DNA of 64,000 nt from an uncultured cyanobacterium (GTDB lineage: Bacteria > Cyanobacteriota > Cyanobacteriia > Cyanobacteriales > CAWCAG01), in NCBI GenBank assembly GCA_963803805.1, contig CAWDOD010000003.1, positions 512,001-576,000 of the forward strand. The letters run 5' to 3'. Of the stretch, positions 28,989 to 38,344 are shown piece by piece. The notes beneath the pieces are model-generated. The model was not told where the DNA came from. It saw nothing but the letters and a program-made list of their open reading frames with translations, and did not search any database. How positions within the stretch are numbered: the stretch's first letter is position 1; each line of letters opens with the position of its first letter. Position numbers and translations under genes: made by a program.

Positions 28989-30974
28989 TTACCAGAAATA
29001 GCCTTCTTCTATGGTAGTTTCTTGGTTTTCATGGTTGTATTTTAATAAATATTCCTTGGCGATCGCCCCGGATTTTCTTAACTGTTCTACCTCCATTTTA
29101 CCTATTTCTGTATCCGTAGAAAGGAGGATAACTTGATGAGAAGCAGCCGGAAAATAGCGTTCCACTAAATTATGGCGGTGTTCTGAATCTAATCTTCCTA
29201 AAGGCGTGTCAATAGCTACGGGCAAATTGCGTCCTGAAACCCTTGCTAGTCCCCATAAAAAAGCAATTGCTAGGAGTTGTTTTTCCCCGGCGGAAAGGCG
29301 ATGTTTGGGTACAGATTCTCCTTGAAGATTATAAAGTGAAAGGCAGAAATTTTCGCTGTCAATAGCAATGCGATGCACTAAATCTTCTTTGTGGAGGAGA
29401 TAGCGGAAGCATTCTGTCACTTCTACCTCTAAACGATTTAACTTTTTTAAAGTTAATTTTTCTCTAAATAATTGTAGGGTTTTTTGTACCTTAGCTGCGG
29501 ATTTAATAATATGTTCGTCGTTGCTGCGATCAATATGTTCTTCTCCATATTTTTGCAACTCTTTTTTCGTTTCTACAATCTCTCGTTCTATTTCCGTACA
29601 CTTTTTATTACCTGATTCATATTCAGCCTGTACTTTACCTAACTCTTTTTGGGCTTTTGCTACTGCTTTTTCTAATTTTTCATAGGCTTCTGGGGGGGCA
29701 GCAGTTTCTAGTTGACATTCTTGAGAGTTTATTTCTAATTCAATTTGTTCTAACTTTTCTAATCGCTCTTTTGCCAAAGAAATTTGTCTCGGAACTTCTC
29801 TATAGATAAGATGGTTTAATTGCTTAACTTCCTCACTTCCGCATCCCAAATAAGCATCTCTTTCTGCTTTTATTTCTGTGTCTAAAGATTGATTTTCTGC
29901 TGCTAAAAAAGCTTCGATTTGCTTAAACTTATTTTTAGCTAAAGAAATAGATTGTATATATTCTAGCAAACGTTCATCTCTTTCTACTAACACTTCTCTA
30001 GCAATTTGTGCCTGTTCTCTTTTAACTTCTACTTCCCCTTGTTGGTAGGTTTCTTTTAACAAAGGTACAATCAATCCTAAAGGCAGAACATCCCCCACAA
30101 CTTCTTTCAAACCTTGACGCTGTTCTTCTTGTTCCTTTTGTAATTGTTTAAGTCCTGCTTCTAACTGAGAACGCTTTGCGGCAATTTTCCCTCCTTCTAC
30201 AATAAAGTTACTTGTTGCTATTTGCTGTTTTTCCTGTGCCTTAGCTAACTTTTCTTGTAACTCAGATAACTCTTGCTTAGCAATTACCAAATCATCTTTT
30301 TGTTGCTTAATCCTCTTTTCAATAGCTTCAATATCAAGGCGCTGCTTTTGCGTAGCTAAAGCTTTTCTTTTGCGAGTAACTAAAATATCTAAATCGACAC
30401 TCAACCTTTCTGCTAACTCCAACCCCAAAAGAGATTGAATTGCTTCAACAACCATAATTGGTGGAGTCTCTAACTCTGCCAATTCCTTTACCTGTTCCCC
30501 ATCAAAAAGGAATAGATTAGCAATACCTAAAGGAAAAATATCTTCTATTCTCTCATCCCAGGTTTTGGTTAAAGCATCATCAAACCATTTATCAACGGCG
30601 ATATTTAAAGTATCTTTACCATTTCTCGGATTCCTTAACCAACTCCTTCTAATCCGAAAAACGGCTTGTTGGCTATTATAAATATGTTCAAAAGCTAACT
30701 CCACACAAGTCTCTTCTGTCGCTTTTGCTAATTTATGTACCGATTGGGTAAGAAAGTCTCCGTAACTTAAGTTACCACGGGTAGAACATTGGGCGCGGCT
30801 ACCATAAAAAGCAAGGCGTATGGCATCCATAAGCGTAGTTTTACCACCGCCATTCATTCCTCCTAACAGGATAATAGGGCTTGTATTTTCTTCCTCAACC
30901 GGAAATTGGAAATTAAGTATATTACGCCCCCTATAAGGGCCGAAATTTTGTAAAACTAGTTCGCAGAATCTCAC
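28989..30974 (-). CDS. dndD: DNA phosphorothioation SMC-like ATPase DndD
   Basis: NFGPYRG, GMNGGGKTT, LFLFDGEQV, long coiled coil, LSAGEKQ, IDTPLGRLD, QVILLSTDTEI. Confidence 0.95.
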   Translation of the reverse strand: MRFCELVLQNFGPYRGRNILNFQFPVEEENTSPIILLGGMNGGGKTTLMDAIRLAFYGSRAQCSTRGNLSYGDFLTQSVHKLAKATEETCVELAFEHIYNSQQAVFRIRRSWLRNPRNGKDTLNIAVDKWFDDALTKTWDERIEDIFPLGIANLFLFDGEQVKELAELETPPIMVVEAIQSLLGLELAERLSVDLDILVTRKRKALATQKQRLDIEAIEKRIKQQKDDLVIAKQELSELQEKLAKAQEKQQIATSNFIVEGGKIAAKRSQLEAGLKQLQKEQEEQRQGLKEVVGDVLPLGLIVPLLKETYQQGEVEVKREQAQIAREVLVERDERLLEYIQSISLAKNKFKQIEAFLAAENQSLDTEIKAERDAYLGCGSEEVKQLNHLIYREVPRQISLAKERLEKLEQIELEINSQECQLETAAPPEAYEKLEKAVAKAQKELGKVQAEYESGNKKCTEIEREIVETKKELQKYGEEHIDRSNDEHIIKSAAKVQKTLQLFREKLTLKKLNRLEVEVTECFRYLLHKEDLVHRIAIDSENFCLSLYNLQGESVPKHRLSAGEKQLLAIAFLWGLARVSGRNLPVAIDTPLGRLDSEHRHNLVERYFPAASHQVILLSTDTEIGKMEVEQLRKSGAIAKEYLLKYNHENQETTIEEGYFW

Positions 30975-31057
30975 TCATTTACCTGGGGAAGTACCAACAA
31001 GTGCAAAATACTATCACTATTAGGTTAAGGAGTGCAAGATTACTCCTGGAATATTTT

Positions 31058-32617
31058 TTAAGAGTTAGGAAATTTCAAATTTCCCCAAGTTAATTGTTGA
31101 GACTCTAATTCGCTTTTTAAAGCATTAACATCTCCTTCTGTAGCAGCGTTCTTAATATTCCTTTTTGAGTGAGCATTTTTAATAGCTTCGTCCTTAGAAC
31201 GAGAACTAGTTACAAAGCATTCTTCCAAGGCTTGATAAATACCACTTCGTGTTGCTTTAGTATAATACTGCCGTTCCGTATCTATTAGTTTCGCCATCAA
31301 TTCTAAGTCCATAGCATCGTCGCAAATTTCTGTTAAAGTATGCCATTCTTCTACTCCCAGTAAGCTACTATCTGCCCCTGGGCGAGTATCAACAAACTTT
31401 TCTCCTGTTACTTCTTCATAAATACTAGGCAAGCTATCATCAAATTCATGCTTTTCTTCTAACCAAATGCGGCGTATTTCACTCAGTTCTTCCGGGGTAA
31501 TTAAGGTTATATTTTCCATGTTTTCTGGTGCAGTTTTGCGAACTTTTGTTTGGGCTTCTAATACTCTTTTTAACCAATGTTCGCGCCAATATCTTGTATA
31601 AGGGCCTGGTATATTTTCTACAGAAGTTTTCCCTTCTTTTTCTCTTTCAAAAAGTTGAACTTTACCAAATATACGACGAAAATCACGGCGATCGCGGTCA
31701 TTTTCAACATCTAATTCATTTCTGATATCTAAAAGAGGTTGCATCCATTCTTTTTCGGTGTCATTTTGGATCATTGCCTCCATAGATTTATCTTTATTAA
31801 CTAAGGTACAAACCCAACAACCAAAGCGGGAACTACCACAGCTAGGAGTGGAAGTATCAACTACTAAAGGACATTCATTATCTGCTGTTGCCCCCCGATA
31901 CATAGTAAATAAGTCTTTGTTATCAACTCCCCAAGGATTTTTCCACTGATTGAGATAAAGCCAAACTTCGTCAGTACGCCAGTCTTCAATGGGGGAATAA
32001 ATCAAGGAGTTAGGTAAACTACCATGAGGGCTAAGGTGATTCCGCAATCTTTTTGCTTCGTGTTTCTCCATTGTCGCTGCCCGTTTAGAGCTTTCCGCTT
32101 TGCGTGTACCTAAAGCTAAAATTGTTTCTCCATGCTCCCTAACTACTTCTCGTATGAAATGATTAGCCGGTTTAATTTTTAATCTTTCTGTACACCAACG
32201 AAAATGATTTCTGGGGGCAGGATAACCTTTACCAATTAAGCAAGCCCAAAAAGTATCTTTAACAGCAGGATAAGTTAAATGAGTTTCTATGGGCATTTTT
32301 TGTTGTTGGGCTGCTGATTCCATCTTTTCTAAAGATTTACGTACCCAAGCAGAAACTACAGGATTTTCTACTAATGTATCGTTAGTAATGACATGAATAG
32401 TTTTAGTTCTTTTTTCTAGAGGAAGAGCTGCGATCGCATTCCAAATTAGTTGCAGCACTGTAGTGCTATCTTTCCCTCCAGATACACCAACAATCCAAGG
32501 TATTGAGTCTAGGGAATATAACTCTTGTATTTCAGTAGTTAGAGCCTTGATATCTTCTACTAGTTCTTTAACACTACGCTTATTTGGCTTTTCTTTTACT
32601 TGTTTTGAGTTAACCAT
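31058..32617 (-). CDS. dndC: DNA phosphorothioation sulfurtransferase DndC (PAPS-reductase fold)
   Basis: PWIVGVSGGKDS, DTLVENP, GKGYPAP, FRWCTERLKI, SCGSSRFGCWVC. Confidence 0.96.
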   Translation of the reverse strand: MVNSKQVKEKPNKRSVKELVEDIKALTTEIQELYSLDSIPWIVGVSGGKDSTTVLQLIWNAIAALPLEKRTKTIHVITNDTLVENPVVSAWVRKSLEKMESAAQQQKMPIETHLTYPAVKDTFWACLIGKGYPAPRNHFRWCTERLKIKPANHFIREVVREHGETILALGTRKAESSKRAATMEKHEAKRLRNHLSPHGSLPNSLIYSPIEDWRTDEVWLYLNQWKNPWGVDNKDLFTMYRGATADNECPLVVDTSTPSCGSSRFGCWVCTLVNKDKSMEAMIQNDTEKEWMQPLLDIRNELDVENDRDRRDFRRIFGKVQLFEREKEGKTSVENIPGPYTRYWREHWLKRVLEAQTKVRKTAPENMENITLITPEELSEIRRIWLEEKHEFDDSLPSIYEEVTGEKFVDTRPGADSSLLGVEEWHTLTEICDDAMDLELMAKLIDTERQYYTKATRSGIYQALEECFVTSSRSKDEAIKNAHSKRNIKNAATEGDVNALKSELESQQLTWGNLKFPNS

Positions 32618-32803
32618 TCTCTCCCTTCTGTGACTATTACCCCATATTTGAGCATAAGAGATTATTGAACTCTTTTAGCTATATTTAGAACATTCAAAAG
32701 TTATAAATATATAAGTGTTGTATTTTTCTTCCTTGACATGATATTATGTACATGGTGGAAAAGGTGCGCTCCTAAAAAATGATTTTCCCAAAGCTTTAGT
32801 AAG

Positions 32804-32884
32804 GTAGGTTGGTTTAGGCTTGAGATATCATCACGTAGGGACGAGCCGTCTATGTTATTTTAGTTGCCTACAAACCAAACTTAT
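32804..32884. repeat. Imperfect GTAG-type palindromic element upstream of dndC
   Basis: gtaggttggtttaggc ... gcctacaaaccaaacttat. Confidence 0.45.
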
Positions 32885-32918
32885 TGAGTTGCTTTTGACA
32901 AGGATTAAATGGAGGGCA

Positions 32919-32977
32919 GGCGACCCAATGTAATCAGTTTTTAACTCTTCAAGTTCATGAAAACGGGCCGCCTCTAC
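32919..32977. repeat. 59-bp REP/SDR-like palindromic element
   Basis: ggcgacccaat...aaacgggccgcctctac; same ends and length as 41701-41759. Confidence 0.7.
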
Positions 32978-33000
32978 AGAGAATATTGTTTTTTATATCA

Positions 33001-35309
33001 CTATTGTTTAATCGCTTCTTGTACTCTTTCTATTTGTTTAGGTGCTGGTATATTGCTGAATAATTGAATCGCTTTCTCGAAGTTTTCTTTACTTTTAGCC
33101 GTTTCTTCCATATCTTGATAGGTTAAAGCGAGTTGAAAATAAGCTTCTGCAAGGTCACATTTAGCACCGATTTTATCAAGCATTTCTATAGATTCTGTAT
33201 GATGAGAGAGCGCTGTTGTAAATTCTTTTTGCAAGCGATAAAGTTCTGCAAGTCCTGTTAGAGATTTAGCTTTTACTTGTTTGTAGTTACTTTCTTCTGC
33301 ATATTTAATTGCTTGACGATACATTTCAAACGATTCTGTTATTTGTTCTAGATTTTTGTAGGTCTTGCCTAGAAACAATAAGCTATATCCTTTAGACCAA
33401 GAACTTAGTTTTCTTTTTTCTGCAAACTCCCAATATCTAGATAAGAGTGCTTTTGCTTCTTCTCGGAATCCAAAGTGAGATTTCAAATAACTTAGACAGA
33501 ATAAAGAGTCAGATGTAAAAAATTTTTGATGTTTTTATATTCTTTAACAAGTAAAATAGTTCGCTCGAAATAATCTACTGCCCTATCCAACTCAAAATAG
33601 TCTAAGTAACATAGACCTTGATTATAAGTCGCAAATGCTTCTTGTTCTTTGTTTTTGATTTTGCGAGCGACATCTCCAGATAATTTATGAGACTTTATGC
33701 TCTTTCCTAAATTTCCTTTTATCCAGTATAAATCTCCCAATATACCCAATATTCTAGTAGTTACAGCTAAGTTATTTATTTTACTAACTAGTCTTTCAAT
33801 TGCCAAAATCATTATTTGCAACAAGCCTAATCGGTAAAAAGACATACCGAGAGATTCATCTTCATCCCAAGGATTAGCTCTAAAATTGTTAATTACAGAA
33901 CTAGCTGCATCAACATCATCAACTTCTAAATAATGGTGATAAGCTTCAAAAGCTTGGAAAGCATCTTTTTCATCTTCAACTGTTTCAACGCTTTCTGTCC
34001 AAAATTGTGCTGCATCACGATTAGCTTTCTCCCAATCTTCACTACTTTTCAACCTCGCAACCGCTTCAGCACGAATAACTGGATGTAACCAATATTCACC
34101 CTTAAAAAACTCAATCAAAGAGCGATCGCGCAAAACATTAACAACCTTCAGTCGTTCCCTTTCTGCCACATCCCAAAGTAAACAGAAAATCCCTTCTAAA
34201 GGAACAGTTGCAACATCTTGATAGCGATAACATCCCAAACGACACAAGAGATTATAAGCAGCTATGTTTTGCTTTGCTAAACGCTGAAACTGACAACTAA
34301 CTAAATCTTCTAACTCTCCTTCACTGGGTAAATACTTTTGATTAGCTTGCCAATATGCTTTAATGTCGCTGTCGTAATCCTGTTGAATAGCACTGCTAAG
34401 AATTTCCATCGCTTTAGCATTACCGCCATAGTATTTATGTATAGCTTCTAAACTAATCAAGTCAAATTCTTCACCAACCGACACCCTATCAAAACGACGA
34501 ACAAAAAACTCTTGCCAAGCAGCAAAATCTAAACCTGACAAGTGATAACCAGAAAAATTTAGGGCAGATTCTCTGATGCGATCGCGGCTAGTAATCAAAG
34601 TAAGAGATTTCAACTGAGGAGTAGTTAAAATTCTCAACAACTCTACATAGCGGCGATGGGGTGTAACCAACTTACCCTTCTCATCTAAAGCAGGTTCAAA
34701 GTTATCAATCAATAAGCCAATTTTCTCCTGCTTTAGCTTCTGTTTCAACCTTTCCAAAGATACCCCAAACTCTCTACCAGGTTCCTCCCCTAACTGCTTT
34801 AACTTCTCCTCCAACAAACTTTCTACTGAAGTAATATTTTGAGTTTCTTTAGCAATGGGAAACTCAATAAAACGGCTAAACCTTTGCTGAAGATATCTTC
34901 TTGCTAAAGTAGTTTTCCCGACACCACCGCCAGCATAAATTAAAACAACTTTCGCACCTTTGTTAATCAAGTCATCTAAATCGGCGATCGCCCCCTCTCT
35001 ACCGACAAAACTGAGATCCGCTATTTTATCTACCGTCTCCTTTTCCTTTTCAGGTGCAACCAACTCTGGTTTATACTTAGCAAACAGTGCCAGTAAATTC
35101 GGTCTTTGGGAACGACGAGCATCTGGGAAATCGTTAATTAAACCAAACTCTGTACAAATTCCTGAGATATGCTGTCTCACCGTTGCTCTCTCAATGTGTA
35201 AAGCTTGAGCAATTTCTGTATCACTTTTCCCCGCCAAAAATTTCTCTAACACCTCTCTACGCCTTGGTGATAGCTTTTTGAAAGTTCGCTCGAACTGTTC
35301 CCTAATCAT
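33001..35309 (-). pseudogene. LuxR-type HTH / NB-ARC (STAND) / TPR gene split by a frameshift near 33517-33522 (pseudogene, assembly error or -1 recoding)
   Basis: HTH LSPRRREVL...GKSDTEIAQALHIERATVRQHI. FVGRE, Walker A GGVGKTTLA, LLIDNFE, LITSR, WLHPVIR. TPRs continue in ORF 33001-33486, and the -1 frame reads FTSDSLFCLSYLKSHFG across the gap. Confidence 0.8.
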
Positions 35310-35315
35310 ATTTTC

Positions 35316-35378
35316 ACAGGTGTTTATGCTGTTTGTAGATAAAAACTCACAAGCTTTGTGCAACAGATGTTTATGATG
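35316..35378. promoter_or_regulatory. Direct repeat pair flanking a short palindrome (candidate operator)
   Basis: acaggtgtttatgctg (35316-35331) and acagatgtttatgatg (35363-35378), 14/16 identical, with cacaa-gct-ttgtg (35348-35360) between them. Confidence 0.55.
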
Positions 35379-35433
35379 CCAATGCCACTATTGAGGTGGT
35401 TATTTATCTTGCGTATTTAGGAGTCAAAACCCG

Positions 35434-35598
35434 ATGACTACTTTCGAGCGTAACTATCTCATTATCAGTTTGATTAATCTAATTGTACATTTATCCACTC
35501 TAGCTATTCAACTCAACCCCAACCATGCTTCTTCTCTCATCGAAAACCAATTATCACCGCAAGTTCCCTTAACGGAAACTTATCAATCCTCTGATTAA
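35434..35598 (+). CDS. Unannotated 54-aa small protein with a hydrophobic N-terminal helix
   Basis: AGGAG at 35419-35423. Hand translation: MTTFERNYLIISLINLIVHLSTLAIQLNPNHASSLIENQLSPQVPLTETYQSSD. Confidence 0.5.
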   Translation: MTTFERNYLIISLINLIVHLSTLAIQLNPNHASSLIENQLSPQVPLTETYQSSD

Positions 35599-35730
35599 GG
35601 TTTTTACAGCCTGACTGGTTGGAAGTTCGTTTCTCTTAATTTGGTGTGAGACAATTATTTCACAAACCCTGCATTAGTTTTTAAAAACTTTTGTTGAGTT
35701 TTTGTTTTTTGGGTAATAGTTTGTCCTTTG

Positions 35731-37287
35731 ATGGAGAAACCAACCCAAAATCCAGGCTTGATGAATCTCAGCAAACAACTCCTCAAAACCAACCTTTCCC
35801 CACAAGAAGAAATTTTTGTTCAAAAAACTCAGATGGGCAGCACAGAAGCTTATCTTGGTACAGTTACCTTAGAATGGGTAGCTAGTCGCCTTCGCTTCGC
35901 CGCACAACTGCCCTTATTTCAAAACAAATTTGACCCTAAAACCAACAACACTATCCGGGATGCTACCACCATTGAAAAATTGCAACAACGTCCCTTAAAT
36001 TGGTCGCGTCAAGCTTTGTTAGCACAGTATTTAGCAGTACGCAAACATCATAAATTTCCTGCCCTTCTGGTTGTTCTCAGCCCACCTTGGGTAGATAATC
36101 CAGAAGCGGAAACCTGGTGTCAACAAAAGGCTTTGCATTCAGCAGCTAACTTCACTGCATTAGATGAGGAAGGTAATCTGGGATTTTTAGATATCTCCTC
36201 AAACATTGCCATTTTTGCCCTTGATGGACAACATCGACTCATGGGTATTCAAGGTTTAATGGAGTTGCTGAAAACTGGACAGTTAATTAAATACAATAAA
36301 CACAAAAAACCAACAGGAAAAGTTCTTACCACTGCTAATTTAAGCAAAGAATACAACCTTGATCCTGCATACCTACAAAACCTGGCACAGGAAAAGATTG
36401 GCATTGAATTTATCCCCGCTGTGGTTAAAGGGGAAACTAGGGAAGAAGCCAGACGGAGAGTGCGTTCTATTTTTGTCCACGTTAACCTCATGTCTGTTAA
36501 CCTCAGCAAAGGACAACTCGCCCTATTAAATGAAGATGATGGCTTCTCCATTGTGGCAAGAAACATTGCTGTCACCCACCCCCTATTCCGGGAAGAAGAA
36601 TGGCGCAACCCCCGCGTTAATTGGGATAGTGCCACTGTTGCTGCCAAAGCCACAGTGTTAACCACTCTCCAAGCCTTAAAAGATATGGCGGAAGCATACT
36701 TAAAGCCTAAATTTCCCCACTGGCAACCTGTAGAAAAGGGTTTAATCCCGTTGCGTCCTGAAGATGAAGAATTAGAGTTAGGATGTCAAGAGTTTGCTAA
36801 ACTTTTTGATAACCTCGCTACTCTACACAGTTATAAAAGACTGAATAAAGGTACAGAAACTCCTCAACTACGCCGCTTCAGTCATGAACAGGGTAAAGGA
36901 GAAGCGAACATTCTCTTTCGCCCGGTGGGACAAATTGCTTTAGCACAAGCATTGGGAATTTTAGTTACCCAAAAGAAGTTAAAACTGAAAACTATTTTCA
37001 CTAAACTGCGTCAATACGATAAACAAGGAGGATTTAGTGGTATGGAATTTCCTTCCTCTCCTTGGTATGGGGTTTTATACAATCCGCAAAAAAAGCGGAT
37101 TCAAATTTCTGGTAAAGATTTAGCTAGTAAATTAATAGTTTATTTGGTGGCAGGAATAGAAGATGAATTAGACTATGCCAAACTCCGTACAGCCGTAGCT
37201 AAAGCCAGAATAGTAGGAGAAAATCAAGCAATGGGTTTTAATGGGGAAATTGTTAAGCCCAAAGAGGTAGGTTTGCCAGAAAGGTAA
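35731..37287 (+). CDS. DGQHR-domain (DndB-like) protein
   Basis: QQRPLNWSR, HHKFPALL, FALDGQHRL, RSIFVHVN, LALLNEDD. Confidence 0.9.
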   Translation: MEKPTQNPGLMNLSKQLLKTNLSPQEEIFVQKTQMGSTEAYLGTVTLEWVASRLRFAAQLPLFQNKFDPKTNNTIRDATTIEKLQQRPLNWSRQALLAQYLAVRKHHKFPALLVVLSPPWVDNPEAETWCQQKALHSAANFTALDEEGNLGFLDISSNIAIFALDGQHRLMGIQGLMELLKTGQLIKYNKHKKPTGKVLTTANLSKEYNLDPAYLQNLAQEKIGIEFIPAVVKGETREEARRRVRSIFVHVNLMSVNLSKGQLALLNEDDGFSIVARNIAVTHPLFREEEWRNPRVNWDSATVAAKATVLTTLQALKDMAEAYLKPKFPHWQPVEKGLIPLRPEDEELELGCQEFAKLFDNLATLHSYKRLNKGTETPQLRRFSHEQGKGEANILFRPVGQIALAQALGILVTQKKLKLKTIFTKLRQYDKQGGFSGMEFPSSPWYGVLYNPQKKRIQISGKDLASKLIVYLVAGIEDELDYAKLRTAVAKARIVGENQAMGFNGEIVKPKEVGLPER

Positions 37288-37293
37288 GTAATA

Positions 37294-38305
37294 ACGTGAG
37301 TTCGACGGAGGAAAAAGAGAGAAAAGAAAAGCATCAGAGGTATGCTGAAAATGAATCTTAATCAGAATCTGATGCTATGTCCAATATTGTATCTCGTCTC
37401 GATATCACCCAAATATTCTGTCAGGTAGATGACTTTTATCAAAGGTTTGAGAGGCATTGGCAACAACAGCCAATGTTAACAGCAACTTGTGGAGAGCGTC
37501 TATGTCGCTCCCGCCTAAGCCTAAGCGAAGTGATGACCATTGTCATTGCCTTTCATGGTTCGGGATTTCGCACTTTTAAAGAATTTTACACTCTACAAGT
37601 CTTGCCTTACTGGAAGAAAGCTTTTCCCAACTTGGTCAGTTACACTCGATTCGTAGAGCTAATGCCGTGGAGCTTAATGCTTCTTTGCTGTTTTCTACAT
37701 ACTCTTCGAGGAGAAATTACCGGCATCAGCTTTATTGATTCTACCCCCATTGAGGTCTGCCACCCGAATCGCTCCAAAAGCCACCGTGTTTTTGAAGGTT
37801 TGGTAGGTTGGGGCAAAAATGCTATGGGATGGCATTATGGCTTCAAGCTACATCTAATTATTAATGACAAAGGTGAGCTGCTTGCTTTCAAACTTACAGA
37901 GGGTAATACTGATGACCGTAACCCTGTGCCAGATATGGCTGATGGCTTGATTGGTAAGTTATTTGGCGACCGAGGTTATATTTCTCAGGATTTGTTTGAG
38001 AAACTCTATGAACAAAGACTACAACTGATTACACACCGCAAGAAAAATATGAAGCCGAAGTTAATGCGTCTTCAGGATAAGATTCTCCTACGTAAGCGTT
38101 CTCTGATTGAGACTGTTAATGACCAGCTCAAGAATATCTGTCAGATTCAGCATTCAAGACACCGTAGCGTTTGGAATTTTTTGGTTAATCTCTTAGCTGG
38201 TCTAATCGCTTATACTTTCTTGCCCAAAAAGCCTTCCCTTGACCTTGACCCCAAAGGCCTAGCTGAACTTCCTTCTGCTGTTTTTTAACTTCATCGAACT
38301 CACGT
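37294..38305 (+). mobile_element. IS982-family insertion sequence, apparently intact
   Basis: IRs acgtgagttcgacggag and cttcatcgaactcacgt (15/17), TAATA on both flanks, one transposase ORF. Confidence 0.93.
37377..38288 (+). CDS. IS982-family DDE transposase
   Basis: SEVMTI, VSYTRF, FIDSTP, GWHYGFKLHL, LFGDRGY, RKRSLIETVNDQLK. Confidence 0.95.
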   Translation: MSNIVSRLDITQIFCQVDDFYQRFERHWQQQPMLTATCGERLCRSRLSLSEVMTIVIAFHGSGFRTFKEFYTLQVLPYWKKAFPNLVSYTRFVELMPWSLMLLCCFLHTLRGEITGISFIDSTPIEVCHPNRSKSHRVFEGLVGWGKNAMGWHYGFKLHLIINDKGELLAFKLTEGNTDDRNPVPDMADGLIGKLFGDRGYISQDLFEKLYEQRLQLITHRKKNMKPKLMRLQDKILLRKRSLIETVNDQLKNICQIQHSRHRSVWNFLVNLLAGLIAYTFLPKKPSLDLDPKGLAELPSAVF

Positions 38306-38336
38306 TAATAAGTAACAAGTAATAAGTAATAAGTAA
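38306..38336 (+). repeat. (TAAGTAA)n heptamer array, interrupted by IS982
   Basis: taataagtaacaagtaataagtaataagtaa; the left part taagtaata lies at 37285-37293. Confidence 0.75.
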
Positions 38337-38344
38337 AGAAGGTT

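Noticed and set aside
35310-35363. Upstream TTG start for the STAND gene
   Set aside because: The extension runs through the direct-repeat region; the ATG at 35309 sits right before the HTH.
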